A stretch of DNA of 64,000 nt, from NCBI RefSeq assembly GCF_009914755.1, contig NC_060948.1; one strand, given 5' to 3'. The stretch comes from the human T2T-CHM13v2.0 reference genome, Homo sapiens. Position numbers and translations under genes: made by a program. Positions 1-16,279 of the stretch are shown piece after piece (position 1 is the first letter of the stretch; each line of letters begins with the position of its first letter). The notes beneath the pieces were generated by a model. That model was not told the DNA's origin, searched no databases, and was given only the letters and a program-made list of their open reading frames with translations.

Positions 1-1455
1 TCCTGCATCTTATGTTATATATATTGTATAAAATATAATAATTGATAATATATGTTTTATATTTATACAATATAACATATAGTATATATTATAATTTATG
101 ACATATATAATATATGTTATATATCATATATAGAATATATTATACGGTTAATATACGTATTAAATATAAATTATACATTATATATATTATATATAATATA
201 TCTGTTATATATAATACCCATTATGCATAATATATATATTATGTCTATGTTATATATAGTATAGAACAACACATAATAATGTATAATTGTATATATAAAA
301 TGCGACATATAATATATATTATATTGTATGACATATATAATATATATTATATATTATATATAATACGTTGTATGTATAATACCTATATTAAATATATATT
401 ATATGACTATGTTATTAATTACATGTCACATGTGTTATATATTATATATTTTACATAGAATATTCCAGTTACATACAATATATACTATGTTACCTACAAT
501 ATATAATTGATTACATGTAAAATAAAGAATGCAATATATTATGTATAATTTATAATATACAATATGTGGAATGTGATATATATAACATATAATATATGAT
601 ATATGATATACAGTATATGATATATAACATACAATATATGATACCTAATATATATGGTATACAATATATATTTTATGATATGTATTCTCTATGTTTTATA
701 TTCTGTTATATATAACTATTTGAAATTATATATAACTGTATAATATTTTATGTAAATATGTAATATAATATATATAACTATATAATATATTATATATAAC
801 TATATATTATGTTATATATACTTTTATAACTTAATTTACATAAAATATCATAATATAATATATATTATATTGTTTCATATTACATAATATATATTACATA
901 TCACCCAATATAAGTAACATACATAATATTATAATATAGATTATATTATGTTATATTAAATATCATATATATCATATATCATATATTCTATAATATATAT
1001 TACACATTATATAGTATGCATGTTGTCTATTATGTGATATATATAACTATATATATAATTATATTATTATACATATAACTAGATAAACATGTAATTCTAC
1101 AGATTTTCATTTATAATATATAGAATTATATAATCATATATAATTATTTATATTCTATAAAAAATTATATCATTATATAAATTATTATATATAAAAATTA
1201 TAATATGTACTACAAATATATATATTATATATCATATATGATATAGTACCTTTGTTATATATCATAATACATATAAATGTGTATTATGTTATCTATAATT
1301 ATATAATTTCATATATAAGATGTATAATATGTATCATATATTATATATGTTATGTAATATATATAGTATATATAAGCTGACACAGGATAAATATTATATA
1401 CTATGACATATAAAATATATGAGGTTATATGTTACATATAAGGCATAGCACATAA

Positions 1456-1770
<315 letters not shown>

Positions 1771-2340
1771 AGATCCATATTTTTTAAATGAAAAAAAATT
1801 TCAAAGGTACTCTGCTTGGTACAATAATCAAATGTATAAACTGAGGAATAAAACATAACCATGAAACCTACTTATAACTGCATATGGAAAATACAGAGGA
1901 TAATTTTTTAAATAACATATTTTGAAAGCCTTAACTAGTAATTTGAAGGGTTGGCATTTGAAAGGCCAGTATGAATATACCTTCAATGCAGCAACACAGG
2001 TTCCCCATGAGAAAAAGCAAACTCAGGGAAAATAAAACCACAAAGGTTCAATCTCTTCTGACCTTTGAAAGACACAGCACAGACAGTGGTCCTTAGGACG
2101 AAGAGCAGGAGACCCCTAATTCCGTCACCATGGCGATAGGGCATAAACATTGCTGGGTGAGGGCACAATCCACATTGTGAGGTCCAACTGCTGCCAGGAA
2201 GACAGGACTGCTTTTACATAGACCGAAACGTCATTGAAGGCTCAGAGTTTTGTTTCAAGAACTTAATCCCAAGCCCACACGTTATTAGGCTGCGCTTCTT
2301 AAAACAAGTTATGAGATGGGAAAAAGGGCACCCACAAACA
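1771..2340. repeat. HSATI-like ~570 bp mixed-composition segment of the unit (exemplar; follows every Alu copy)
   Basis: Non-Alu, non-TA sequence from agatccatat to cccacaaaca, nearly invariant in all 26 units. The HSATI name is assigned from the known DYZ2 architecture, not from a search. Confidence 0.8.
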
Positions 2341-3898
2341 TACGTATACATTATGTATATAATAATATACAGTATCATATATATAATATACATAACCTAT
2401 GTATAATATTGTTTTACATCCTGCATCTTATATTATATATATTGTATAAAATATAATAATTGAAAATATATAAGTTTTATATTTATACAATATGACATAT
2501 AGTATATATTATAATTTATGACATATATAATATATGTTATATATCATATATAGAATATATTATACGGTTAATATACGTATTAAATATAAATTATACATTA
2601 TATATATTATATATAATATATCTGTTATATATAATACCCATTATGCATAATATATATATTATGTCTACGTTATATATAGTATAAAACAACATATAATAAT
2701 ATATAATTGTATATATAAAATGCGACATATAATATATATTATATTTTATGACATATGTAATATATATTATACAGTATATATAATACGTTGTATGTATAAT
2801 ACCTATATTAAGTATATATTATATGACTATGTTATTAATTACATGTCACATGTGTTACATATTATATATTTTACATAGAATATACCGGTTACATACAATA
2901 TATACTATGTTACCTACAATGTATAATTTATTACATGTAAAATAAAGAATGCAATATATTATGTATAATTTATAATATACAATATGTGGTATGTGATATA
3001 TATAATATATAATATATGATATATGATATACAGTATATGATATATAACATACAATATATGATACCTAATATATATGGTATACAATATATATTTCATGATA
3101 TGAATTCTATATGTTTTATATTCTGTTATATATAATTATTTGAAATTATATATAATTGTATAATATTTTAAGTAAATATGTAATATAATATATAACTATA
3201 TAATATATCATATATAACTATATATTATGTTATATATACTTTTATAACATAATTTACATAAAATATCATAATATAATACATATTATATTATTTCATATTA
3301 CATAATATATATTACATATCACCCAATATAAGTAACATACATAATAGTATAATATAGATTATATTATGTTATATTAAATATCATATATATCATGTATCAT
3401 ATATTCTATAATATATATTACACATTATATAATATGTATGTTGTCTATTATGTGATATATATAACTATATATATAATTATATTATTATACATATAACTAG
3501 ATAAACATGTAATTCTACATATTTTCATTTATGATATATAGAATTATATAATCATATATAATTATTTATATTCTATAAAAAATTATATCATTATATAAAT
3601 TATAATAAATAAAAATTATAATATGTACTACAAATATATATATTATATATCATATATGATATAGTACCTTTGTTATATATCATAATACATATAAATGTGT
3701 ATTGTGTTATCTATAATTATATAATTTCATATATAAGATGTATAATATGTATCATATATTATATACGTTATGTAATATATATAGTATATATAAGATGACA
3801 CAGGATAAATATTATATACTATGACATATAAAACATATGAGGTTATATGTTACATATAAGGCATAGCACATAACATGTAATGTATATCATATATAATA
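2341..3898. repeat. AT-rich low-complexity block of the unit, ~1.55 kb (exemplar; present in every unit, partial copies at 1-1478 and ~62780-64000)
   Basis: Degenerate TA/TAA/TATAA sequence with sparse G/C landmarks (tcctgcatc, tacggtt, tgcgaca, accggtt, tgtggaatgtg, tcaccca, gtacctttg, gacacagga) that recur in the same order in each unit. Confidence 0.95.
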
Positions 3899-4188
3899 TT
3901 TTTTGAGACAGAGTCTTGTCGTGTTGCACAGGGTGGGGTACAATGGCGCCATCTTTGCTCACTGCAACATCTGCCTCACGGGTCCAAGCGATTGTCCTCC
4001 CTCAGCCTCCCAGGTAGCTGGGACTACACCACACTGGGACTACACCAGCTGCCACCATGCCTAGCTAATTTTTTGGATTTTTAGTAGTGACAGCGTTTCA
4101 CTGTATTGGCCAGGATGGTCTTGATCTCTTCACCTTGTGATCCCCTTGCCTTGGCCTCCAAATTTGCTGGGATTACAGGCCTGAGCCA
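3899..4188 (-). mobile_element. Diverged Alu, copy 2
   Basis: Same Alu as copy 1, T tract to gagcca; reads ttttgagaca at the tail junction. Confidence 0.93.
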
Positions 4189-6312
4189 AGATCCATATTT
4201 TGTAAATGAAAAAAAATTTCAAAGTTACTCTGCTTGGTACAATAATCAAATGTATAAACTGAGGAATAAAACATAACCATGAAACATACTTATAACTGCA
4301 TATGGAAAATACAGAGGATAATTTTTTAAATAACATATTTTGAAAGCCTTAACTAGTAATTTGAAGAGTTGGCATTTGAAAGGCCAGTAGGAATATACCT
4401 TCAAAGCAGCAACACAGGTTCCCCATGAGAAAAAGCAAACTCAGGGAAAATAAAACCACAAAGGTTCAATCTCTTCTGACCTTTGAAAGACACAGCACAG
4501 ACAGTGGTCCTTAGGACGAAGAGCAGGAGACCCCTAATTCCGTCACCATGGCGATAGGGCATAAACATTGCTGGGTGAGGGCACAATCCACATTGTGAGG
4601 TCCAACTGCTGCCAGGAAGACAGTAGTGCTTTTACATAGACCGAAAGGTCATTGAAGGCTCAGAGTTTTGTTTCAAGAACTGAATCCCAAGCCCACACGT
4701 TATTAGGCTGCGCTTCTTAAAACAAGTTATGAGATGGGAAAAAGGGCACCCACAAACATACGTATACATTATGTATATAATAATATACAGTATCATATAT
4801 ATAATATATATAACCTATGTATAATATTGTTTTACATCCTGCATCTTATATTATATATATTGTATAAAATATAATAATTGATAATATATAAGTTTTATAT
4901 TTCTACAATATGACATATAGTATATATTATAATTTATGACATATATAATATATGTTATATATCATATATAGAATATATTATACGGTTAATATACGTATTA
5001 AATATAAATTATACATTATATATATTATATATAATATATCTGTTATATATAATACCCATTATGCATAATATATATATTATGTCTATGTTATATATAGTAG
5101 AAAACAACATATAATAATATATAATTGTATATATAAAATGCGACATATAATATATATTATATTTTATGACATATGTAATATATATTATATAGTATATATA
5201 ATACGTTGTATGTATAATACCTATATTAAATATATATTATATGACTATGTTATTAATTACATGTCACATGTGTTATATATTATATATTTTACATAGAATA
5301 TACCGGTTACATACAATATATACTATGTTACCTACAATGTATAATTTATTACATGTAAAATAAAGAATGCAATATATTATGTATAATTTATAATATACAA
5401 TATGTGGAATGTGATATATATAACATATAATATATGATATATGATATACAGTATATGATATATAACATACAATATATGATACCTAATATATATGGTATAC
5501 AATATATATTTCATGATATGTATTCTATATGTTTTATATTCTGATATATATAACTATTTGAAATTATATATAACTGTATAATATTTTATGTAAATATGTA
5601 ATATAATATATAACTATATAATATATTATATATAACTATATATTATGTTATATATACTTTTATAACATAATTTACATAAAATATCATAATATAATATATA
5701 TTATATTATTTCATATTACATAATATATATTACATATCACCCAATATAAGTAACATACATAATAGTATAATATAGATTATATTATGTTATATTAAATATC
5801 ATATATATCATGTATCATATATTCTATAATATATATTACACATTATATAATATGTATGTTGTCTATTATGTGATATATAACTATATATATAATTATATTA
5901 TTATACATATAACTAGATAAACATGTAATTCTACATATTTTCATTTATGATATATAGAATTATATAATCATATATAATTATTTATATTCTATAAAAAATT
6001 ATATCATTATATAAATTATAATAAATAAAACTTATAATATGTACTACAAATATATATATTATATAACATATATGATATAGTACCTTTGTTATATATCATA
6101 ATACATATAAATGTGTATTATGTTATCTATAATTATATAATTTCATATATAAGATGTATAATATGTATCATATATTATATATGTTATGTAATATATATAG
6201 TATATATAAGATGACACAGGATAAATATTATATACTATGACATATAAAACATAAGAGGTTATATGTTACATATAAGGCATAGCACATAACATGTAATATA
6301 TATCAGATATAA

Positions 6313-6604
6313 TTTTTTTTTAGACAGAGTCTTGTCGTGTTGCACAGGGTGGGGTACAATGGCGCCATCTTTGCTCACTGCAACATCTGCCTCACGGGTC
6401 CAAGCGATTGTCCTCCCTCAGCCTCCCAGGTAGCTGGGACTACACCACACTGGGACTACACCAGCTGCCACCATGCCTAGCTAATTTTTTGGATTTTTAG
6501 TAGTGACAGCGTTTCACTGTATTGGCCAGGATGGTCTTGATCTCTTCACCTTGTGATCCCCTTGCCTTGGCCTCCAAATTTGCTGGGATTACAGGCCTGA
6601 GCCA
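6313..6604 (-). mobile_element. Diverged Alu, copy 3
   Basis: Same Alu as copy 1, T tract to gagcca. Confidence 0.93.
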
Positions 6605-8730
6605 AGATCCATATTTTGTAAATGAAAAAAAATTTCAAAGGTACTCTGCTTGGTACAATAATCAAATGTATAAACTGAGGAATAAAACATAACCATGAAA
6701 CATACTTATAACTGCATATGGAAAATACAGAGGATAATTTTTTAAATAACATATTTTGAAAGCCTTAACTAGTAATTTGAAGAGTTGGCATTTGAAAGGC
6801 CAGTATGAATATACCTTCAAAGCAGCAACACAGGTTCCCCATGAGAAAAAGCAAACTCAGGGAAAATAAAACCACAAAGGTTCAATCTCTTCTGACCTTT
6901 GAAAGACACAGCACAGACAGTGGTCCTTAGGACGAAGAGCAGGAGACCCCTAATTCCGTCACCATGGCGATAGGGCATAAACATTGCTGGGTGAGGGCAC
7001 AATCCACATTGTGAGGTCCAACTGCTGCCAGGAAGACAGGAGTGCTTTTACATAGACCGAAAGGTCATTGAAGGCTCAGAGTTTTGTTTCAAGAACTGAA
7101 TCCCAAGCCCACACGTTATTAGGCTGCGCTTCTTAAAACAAGTTATGAGATGGGAAAAAGGGCACCCACAAACATACGTATACATTATGTATATAATAAT
7201 ATACAGTATCATATATATAATATATATAACCTATGTATAATATTGTTTTACATCCTGCATCTTATATTATATATATTGTATAAAATATAATAATTGATAA
7301 TATATAATTTTTATATTTATACAATATGACATATAGTATATATTATAATTTATGACATATATAATATATGTTATATATCATATATAGAATATATTATACG
7401 GTTAATATACGTATTAAATATAAATTATACATTATATATATTATATATAATATATCTGTTATATATAATACCCACTATGCATAATATATATATTATGTCT
7501 TTGTTATATATAGTATAAAACAACATATAATAATATATAATTGTATATATAAAATGCGACATATAATATATATTATATTTTATGACATATGTAATATATA
7601 TTATATAGTATATATAATACGTTGTATGTATAATACCTATATTAAATATATATTATATGACTATGTTATTAATTACATGTCACATGTGTTATATATTATA
7701 TATTTTACATAGAATATACCGGTTACATACAATATATACTATGTTACCTACAATGTATAATTTATTACATGTAAAATAAAGAATGCAATATATTATGTAT
7801 AATTTATAATATACAATATGTGGAATGTGATATATATAACATATAATATATGATATATGATATACAGTATATGATATATAACATACAATATATGATACAT
7901 AATATATATGGTATACAATATATATTTCATGATATGTATTCTATATGTTTTATATTCTGTTATATATAACTATTTGAAATTATATATAACTGTATAATAT
8001 TTTATGTAAATATGTAATATAATATATAACTATATAATATATTATATATAACTATATATTATGTTATATATACTTTTATAACATAATTTACATAAAATAT
8101 CATAATATAATATATATTATATTATTTCATATTACATAATATATATTACATATCACCCAATATAATTAACATACATAATAGTATAATATAGATTATATTA
8201 TGTTATATTAAATATCATATATATCATGTATCATATATTCTATAATATATATTACACATCATATAATATGTATGTTGTCTATTATGTGATATATATAACT
8301 ATATATATAATTATATTATTATACATATAACTAGATAAACATGTAATTCTACATATTTTCATTTATAATATATAGAATTATATAATCATATATAATTATT
8401 TATATTCTATAAAAAATTATATCATTATATAAATTATAATATATAAAAATTATAATATGTACTACAAATATATATATTATATATCATATATGATATAGTA
8501 CCTTTGTTATATATCATAATACATATAAAGGTGTATTATATTATCTATAATTATATAATTTCATATATAAGATGTATAAAATGTATCATATATTATACAT
8601 GTTATGTAATATATATAGTATATATAAGATGACACAGGATAAATATTATATACTATGACATATAAAACTTATGAGGTTATATGTTACATATAAGGCATAG
8701 CACATAACATGTAATATATATCATATATAA

Positions 8731-9022
8731 TTTTTTTTTAGACAGAGTCTTGTCCTGTTGCACAGGGTGGGGTACAATGGCGCCAACTTTGCTCACTGCA
8801 ACATCTGCCTCACGGGTCCAAGCGATTATCCTCCCTCAGCCTCCCAGGTAGCTGGGACTACACCACACTCGGACTACAGCAGCTGCCACCATGCCTAGCT
8901 AATTTTTTGGATTTTTAGTAGTGACAGCGTTTCACTGTATTGGCCAGGATGGTCTTGATCTCTTCACCTTGTGATCCCCTTGCCTTGGCCTCCAAATTTG
9001 CTGGGATTACAGGCCTGAGCCA
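8731..9022 (-). mobile_element. Diverged Alu, copy 4
   Basis: Same Alu as copy 1, T tract to gagcca. Confidence 0.93.
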
Positions 9023-11125
9023 AGATCCATATTTTTTAAATGAAAAAAAATTTCAAAGGTACTCTGCTTGGTACAATAATCAAATGTATAAACTGAGGAA
9101 TAAAACATAACCATGAAACCTACTTATAACTGCATATGGAAAATACAGAGGATAATTTTTTAAATAACATATTTTGAAAGCCTTAACTAGTAATTTGAAG
9201 AGTTGGCATTTGAAAGGCCAGTATGAATATACCTTCAAAGCAGCAACACAGGTTCCCCATGAGAAAAAGCAAACTCAGGGAAAATGAAACCACAAAGGTT
9301 CAATCTCTTCTGACCTTTGAAAGACACAGCACAGACAGTGGTCCTTAGGACGAAGAGCAGGAGACCCCTAATTCCGTCACCATGGCGATAGGGCATAAAC
9401 ATTGCTGGGTGAGGGCACAATCCACATTGTGAGGTCCAACTGCTGCCAGGAAGACAGGAGTGCCTTTACATAGACCGAAAGGTCATTGAAGACTCAGAGT
9501 TTTGTTTCAAGAACTGAATCCCAAGCCCACACGTTATTAGGCTGCGCTTCTTAAAACAAGTTATGAGATGGGAAAAAGGGCACCCACAAACATACGTATA
9601 CATTATGTATATAATAATATACAGTATCATATATATAATATATATAACCTATGTATAATATTGTTTTACATCCTGCATCTTATGTTATATATATTGTATA
9701 AAATATAATAATTGATAATATATAAGTTTTATATTTATACAATATGACATATAGTATATATTATAATTTATGACATATATAATATATGTTATATATCATA
9801 TATAGAATATATTATACGGTTAATATACGTATTAAATATAAATTATACATTATATATATTATATATAATATATCTGTTATATATAATACCCCTTAGGCAT
9901 AATATATATATTATGTCTATGTTATATATAGTATAAAACAGCACATAATAATATGTAATTGTATACATAAAATGCGACAAATAATATATATTATATTTTA
10001 TGACATATGTAATATATATTATATATTATATATAATACGTTGTATGTATAATACCTATATTAAATATATATTATATGACTATGTTATTAATTACATGTCA
10101 CATGTGTTATATATTATATATTTTACATAGAATATACCGGTTACATACAATATATACTATGTTACCTACAATGTATAATTGATTACATGTAAAATAAGAA
10201 TGCAATATATTATGTATAATTTATAATATACAATATGTGGAATGTGATATATATAACATATAATATATGATATATGATATACAGTATATGATATATAACA
10301 TACAATATATGATACCTAATATATATGGTATACAATATATATTTTATGATATGTATTCTATATGTTTTATATTCTGTTATATATAACTATTTGAAATTAT
10401 ATATAACTGTATAATATTTTATGTAAATATGTAATATAATATATATTACTATATAATATATTATATATAACTATATATTATGTTATATATAAATTCATAA
10501 CATAATTTACATAAAATGTCATAATATAATATATATTATATTATTTCGTATTACATTATATATATTACATATCACCCAACATAAGTAACATACATAATAT
10601 TATAATATAGATTATATTATATTATATTAAATATCATATATATCATGTATCATATATTCTAAAATATATATTACACATTATATAATATGTATGTTGTCTA
10701 TTATGTGATATATATAACTATATATATAATTATATTATTATACATATAACTAGATAAACATGTACTTCTACATATTTTCATTTATAATGTATAGAATTAT
10801 ATAATCATATATAATTATTTATATTCTAAAAAAATTATATCATTATATAAATTATAATATAAAAAATTTATAATATGTACTACAAATATATATATTATAT
10901 ATCATATATGATATAGTACCTTTGTTATATATCATATTACATATAAATGTGTATTATGATATCTATAATTATATAATTTCATATATAAGATGTATAATAT
11001 GTATTATATATTGTATATGTTATGTAATATATATAGTATATATAAGATGACACAGGATAAATATTATATACTATGACATATAAAATATATGAGGTTATAT
11101 GTTACATATAAGGCATAGCACATAA

Positions 11126-11440
<315 letters not shown>

Positions 11441-13543
11441 AGATCCATATTTTTTAAATGAAAAAAAATTTCAAAGGTACTCTGCTTGGTACAATAATCA
11501 AATGTATATACTGAGGAATAAAACATAACCATGAAACATACTTATAACTGCATATGGAAATTACAGAGGATAATTTTTTAAATAACATATTTTGAAAGCC
11601 TTAACTAGTAATTTGAAGAGTTGGCATTTGAAAGGCCAGTATGAATATACCTCCAAAGCAGCAACACAGGTTCCCCATGAGAAAAAACAGACTCAGGGAA
11701 AATAAAACCACAAAGGTTCAATCTCTTCTGACCTTTGAAAGACACAGCACAGACAGTGGTCCTTAGGACGAAGAGCAGGAGACCCCTAATTCCGTCACCA
11801 TGGCGATAGGGCATAAACATTGCTGGGTGAGGGCACAATCCACATTGTGAGGTCCAACTGCTGCCAGGAAGACAGGAGTGCTTTTACATAGACCGAAAGG
11901 TCATTGAAGGCTCAGAGTTTTGTTTCAAGAACTGAATCCCAAGCCCACACGTTATTAGGCTGCGCTTCTTAAAAGAAGTTATGAGATGGGAAAAAGGGCA
12001 CCCACAAACATACGTATACATTATGTATATAATAATATACAGTATCATATATTTAATATATATAACCTATGTATAATATTGTTTTACATCCTGCATCTTA
12101 TACTATATATATTGTATAAAATATAATAATTGATAATATATAAGTTTTTTATTTATACAATATGACATATAGTATATATTATAATTTATGACATATATAT
12201 TATATGTTATATATCATATATAGAATATATTATACGGTTAATATACGAATTATATATAAATTATATGTTATATACATTATATATAATATATCTGTTATAT
12301 ATAATACCCATTATGCATAATATATATATTATGTCTATGTTATATATAGTATAAAACAACATATAATAATATATAATTGTATATATAAAATGTGACATAT
12401 AATATATATTATATTTTATGACATATGTAATATATATTATATATTATATATAATACGTTGTATGTATAATACCTATATTAAATATATATGATATGACTAT
12501 GTTATTAATTACATGTGACATGTGTTACATATTATATATTTTACATAGAATATACCGGTTACATACAATATATACTATGTTACCTACAATGTATAATTTA
12601 TTACATGTAAAATAAAGAATGCAATATATTATGTATAATTTATAATATACAATATGTGGAATGTGATATATATAACATATAATATATGATATATGATATA
12701 CAGTATATGATATATAACATACAATATATGATACCTAATATATATGGTATACAATATATATTTTATGATATGTATTCTATATGTTTTATATTCTGTTATA
12801 TATAACTATTTGAAGTTATACATAACTGTATAATATTTTATGTAAATATGTAATATAATATATAACTATATAATATATTATATATAACTATATATTATGT
12901 TATATATACTTTTATAACATAATTTACATAAAATATCATAATATAATATCTATTATATTATTTCATATTACATAATATATATTACATATCACCCAATATA
13001 AGTAACATACATAATATTATAATATAGATAATATTATGTTATATTAAATATCATATATATCATGTATCATGTATTCTATAATATATATTATACATTATAT
13101 AATATGTATGTTGTCTATTATGTGATATATATAACTATATATATAATTACATTATTATACATATAACTAGATAAACATGTAATTCTACATATTTTCATTT
13201 ATAATATATAGAATTATATAATCATATATAATTATTTATATTCTATAAAAAATTATATCATTATATAAATTATAATACATAAAAATTACAATATGTACTA
13301 AAAACAGATATATTATATATCATATATGATATAGTACCTTTGTTATATATCATAATACATATAAATGTGTATTATGTTATCTATAATTATATAATTTCAT
13401 ATATAAGATGTATAATATATATTATATATTTTATATGTTATGTAATATATATAGTATATATAAGATGACACAGGATAAATATTATATACTATGACATATA
13501 AAATATATGAGGTTATATGTTACATATAAGGCATAGCACATAA

Positions 13544-13858
<315 letters not shown>

Positions 13859-15986
13859 AGATCCATATTTTTTAAATGAAAAAAAATTTTAAAGGTACTC
13901 TGCTTGGTACAACAATCAAATGTATAAACTGAGGAATAAAACATAACCATGAAACCTACTTATAACTGCATATGGAAAATACAGAGGATAATTTTTTAAA
14001 TAACATATTTCGAAAGCCTTAACTAGTAATTTGAAGAGTTGGCATTTGAAAGGCCAGTATGAATATACCTTCAAAGCAGCAACACAGGTTCCCCATGAGA
14101 AACAGCAAACTCAGGGAAAATAAAACCACAAAGGTTCAATCTCTTCTGACCTTTGAAAGACACAGCACAGACAGTGGTCCTTAGGACGAAGAGCAGGAGA
14201 CCCCTAATTCCGTCACCATGGCGATAGGGCATAAACATTGCTGGGTGAGGGCACAATCCACATTGAGAGGTCCAACTGCTGCCAGGAAGACAGGAGTGCT
14301 TTTACATAGACAGAAAGGTCATTGAAGGCTCAGAGTTTTGTTTCAAGAACTGAATCCCAAGCCCACACGTTATTAGGATGCGCTTCTTAAAACAAGTTGT
14401 GAGATGGGAAAAAGGGCACCCACAAACATACGTATACATTATGTATATAATAATATACAGTATCATATATATAATATATATAACCTATGTATAATATTGT
14501 TTTACATCCTGCATCTTATATTATATATATTGTATAAAATATAATAATTGATAATATATAAGTTTTATATTTATACAATATGACATATAGTATATATTAT
14601 AATTTATGACATATATAATATATGTTATATATCATATATAGAATATATTATACGGTTAATATACGTATTAAATATAAATTATACATTATATATATTATAT
14701 ATAATATATCTGTTATATATAATACCCATTATGCATAATATATATATTATGTCTATGTTATATATAGTATAAAACAACATATAATAATATATAATTGTAT
14801 ATATAAAATGCGACATATAATATATATTATATTTTATGACATATGAAATATATATTATATATTATATATAATACGTTGTATGTATAATACCTATATTAAA
14901 TATATATTATATGACTATGTTATTAATTACATGTCACATATGTTATATATTATATATTTTACATAGAATATACCGGTTACATACAATATATACTATGTTA
15001 CCTACAATGTATAATTGATTACATGTAAAATAATGAATGCAATATATTATGTATAATTTATAATATACAATATGTGGAATGTGATATATATAACATATAT
15101 TATATGATATATGATATACAGTATATGATATATAACATACAATATATGATACCTAATATATATGGTATACAATATATATTTTATGATATGTATTCTCTAT
15201 GTTTTATATTCTGTTATATATAACTATTTGAAATTATATATAACTGTATAATATTTTATGTAAATATGTAATATAATATATATAACTATATAATATATTA
15301 TATATAACTATATATTATGTTATATATACTTTCATAACATAATTTACATAAAATGTCATAATATAATATATATTATATTATTTCATATTACATAATATAT
15401 ATTACATATCACCCAACATAAGTAACATACATAATATTATATTATAGATTATATTATATTATATTAAATATCATATATATCATGTATCATATATTCTAAA
15501 ATATATATTACACATTATATAATATGTATGTTGTCTATTATGTGATATATATAACTATATATATAATTATATTATTATACATATAAATAGATAAACATGT
15601 AATTCTACATGTTTTCATTTATAATATATAGAATTATATAATCATATATAATTATTTATATTCTATAAAAAATTATATCATTATATAAATTATAATATAT
15701 AAAAATTATAATATGTACTACGAATATATATATTATATATCATATATGATATAGTACCTTTGTTATATATCATAATACATATAAATGTGTATTATGTTAT
15801 CTATAATTATATAATTTCATATATAAGATGTATAATATGTATTATATATTATACATGTTATGTAATATATATAGTATATATAAGATGACACAGGATAAAT
15901 ATTATATACTATGACATATAAAATATATGAGGTTATATGTTACATATAAGGCATAGCACATAACATGTAATATATATCATATATAA

Positions 15987-16279
15987 TTTTTTTTTAGACA
16001 GAGTCTTGTCCTGTTGCACAGGGTGGGTTACAATGGCGCCAACTTTGCTCACTGCAACATCTGCCTCACGGGTCCAAGCGATTGTCTTCCCTCAGCCTCC
16101 CAGGTAGCTGGGACTACACCACACTGGGACTACACCAGCTGCCACCATGCCTAGCTAATTTTTTTGAATTTTTAGTAGTGAGAGCGTTTCACTGTATTGG
16201 CCAGGATGGTCTTGATCTCTTCACCTTGTGATCCCCTTGCCTTGGCCTCCAAATTTGCTGGGATTACAGGCCTGAGCCA
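15987..16279 (-). mobile_element. Diverged Alu, copy 7
   Basis: Same Alu as copy 1, T tract to gagcca. Confidence 0.93.

Noticed and set aside
568-572. DYZ1/HSat3 (GGAAT)n sequence or a DYZ1-DYZ2 junction
   Set aside because: Only isolated GGAAT words occur. There is no pentamer array, inversion or array boundary in the window.
1847-2036. AATAAA poly(A) signals and numerous TATA-like motifs
   Set aside because: These are expected by chance at this AT content and have no associated gene structure.
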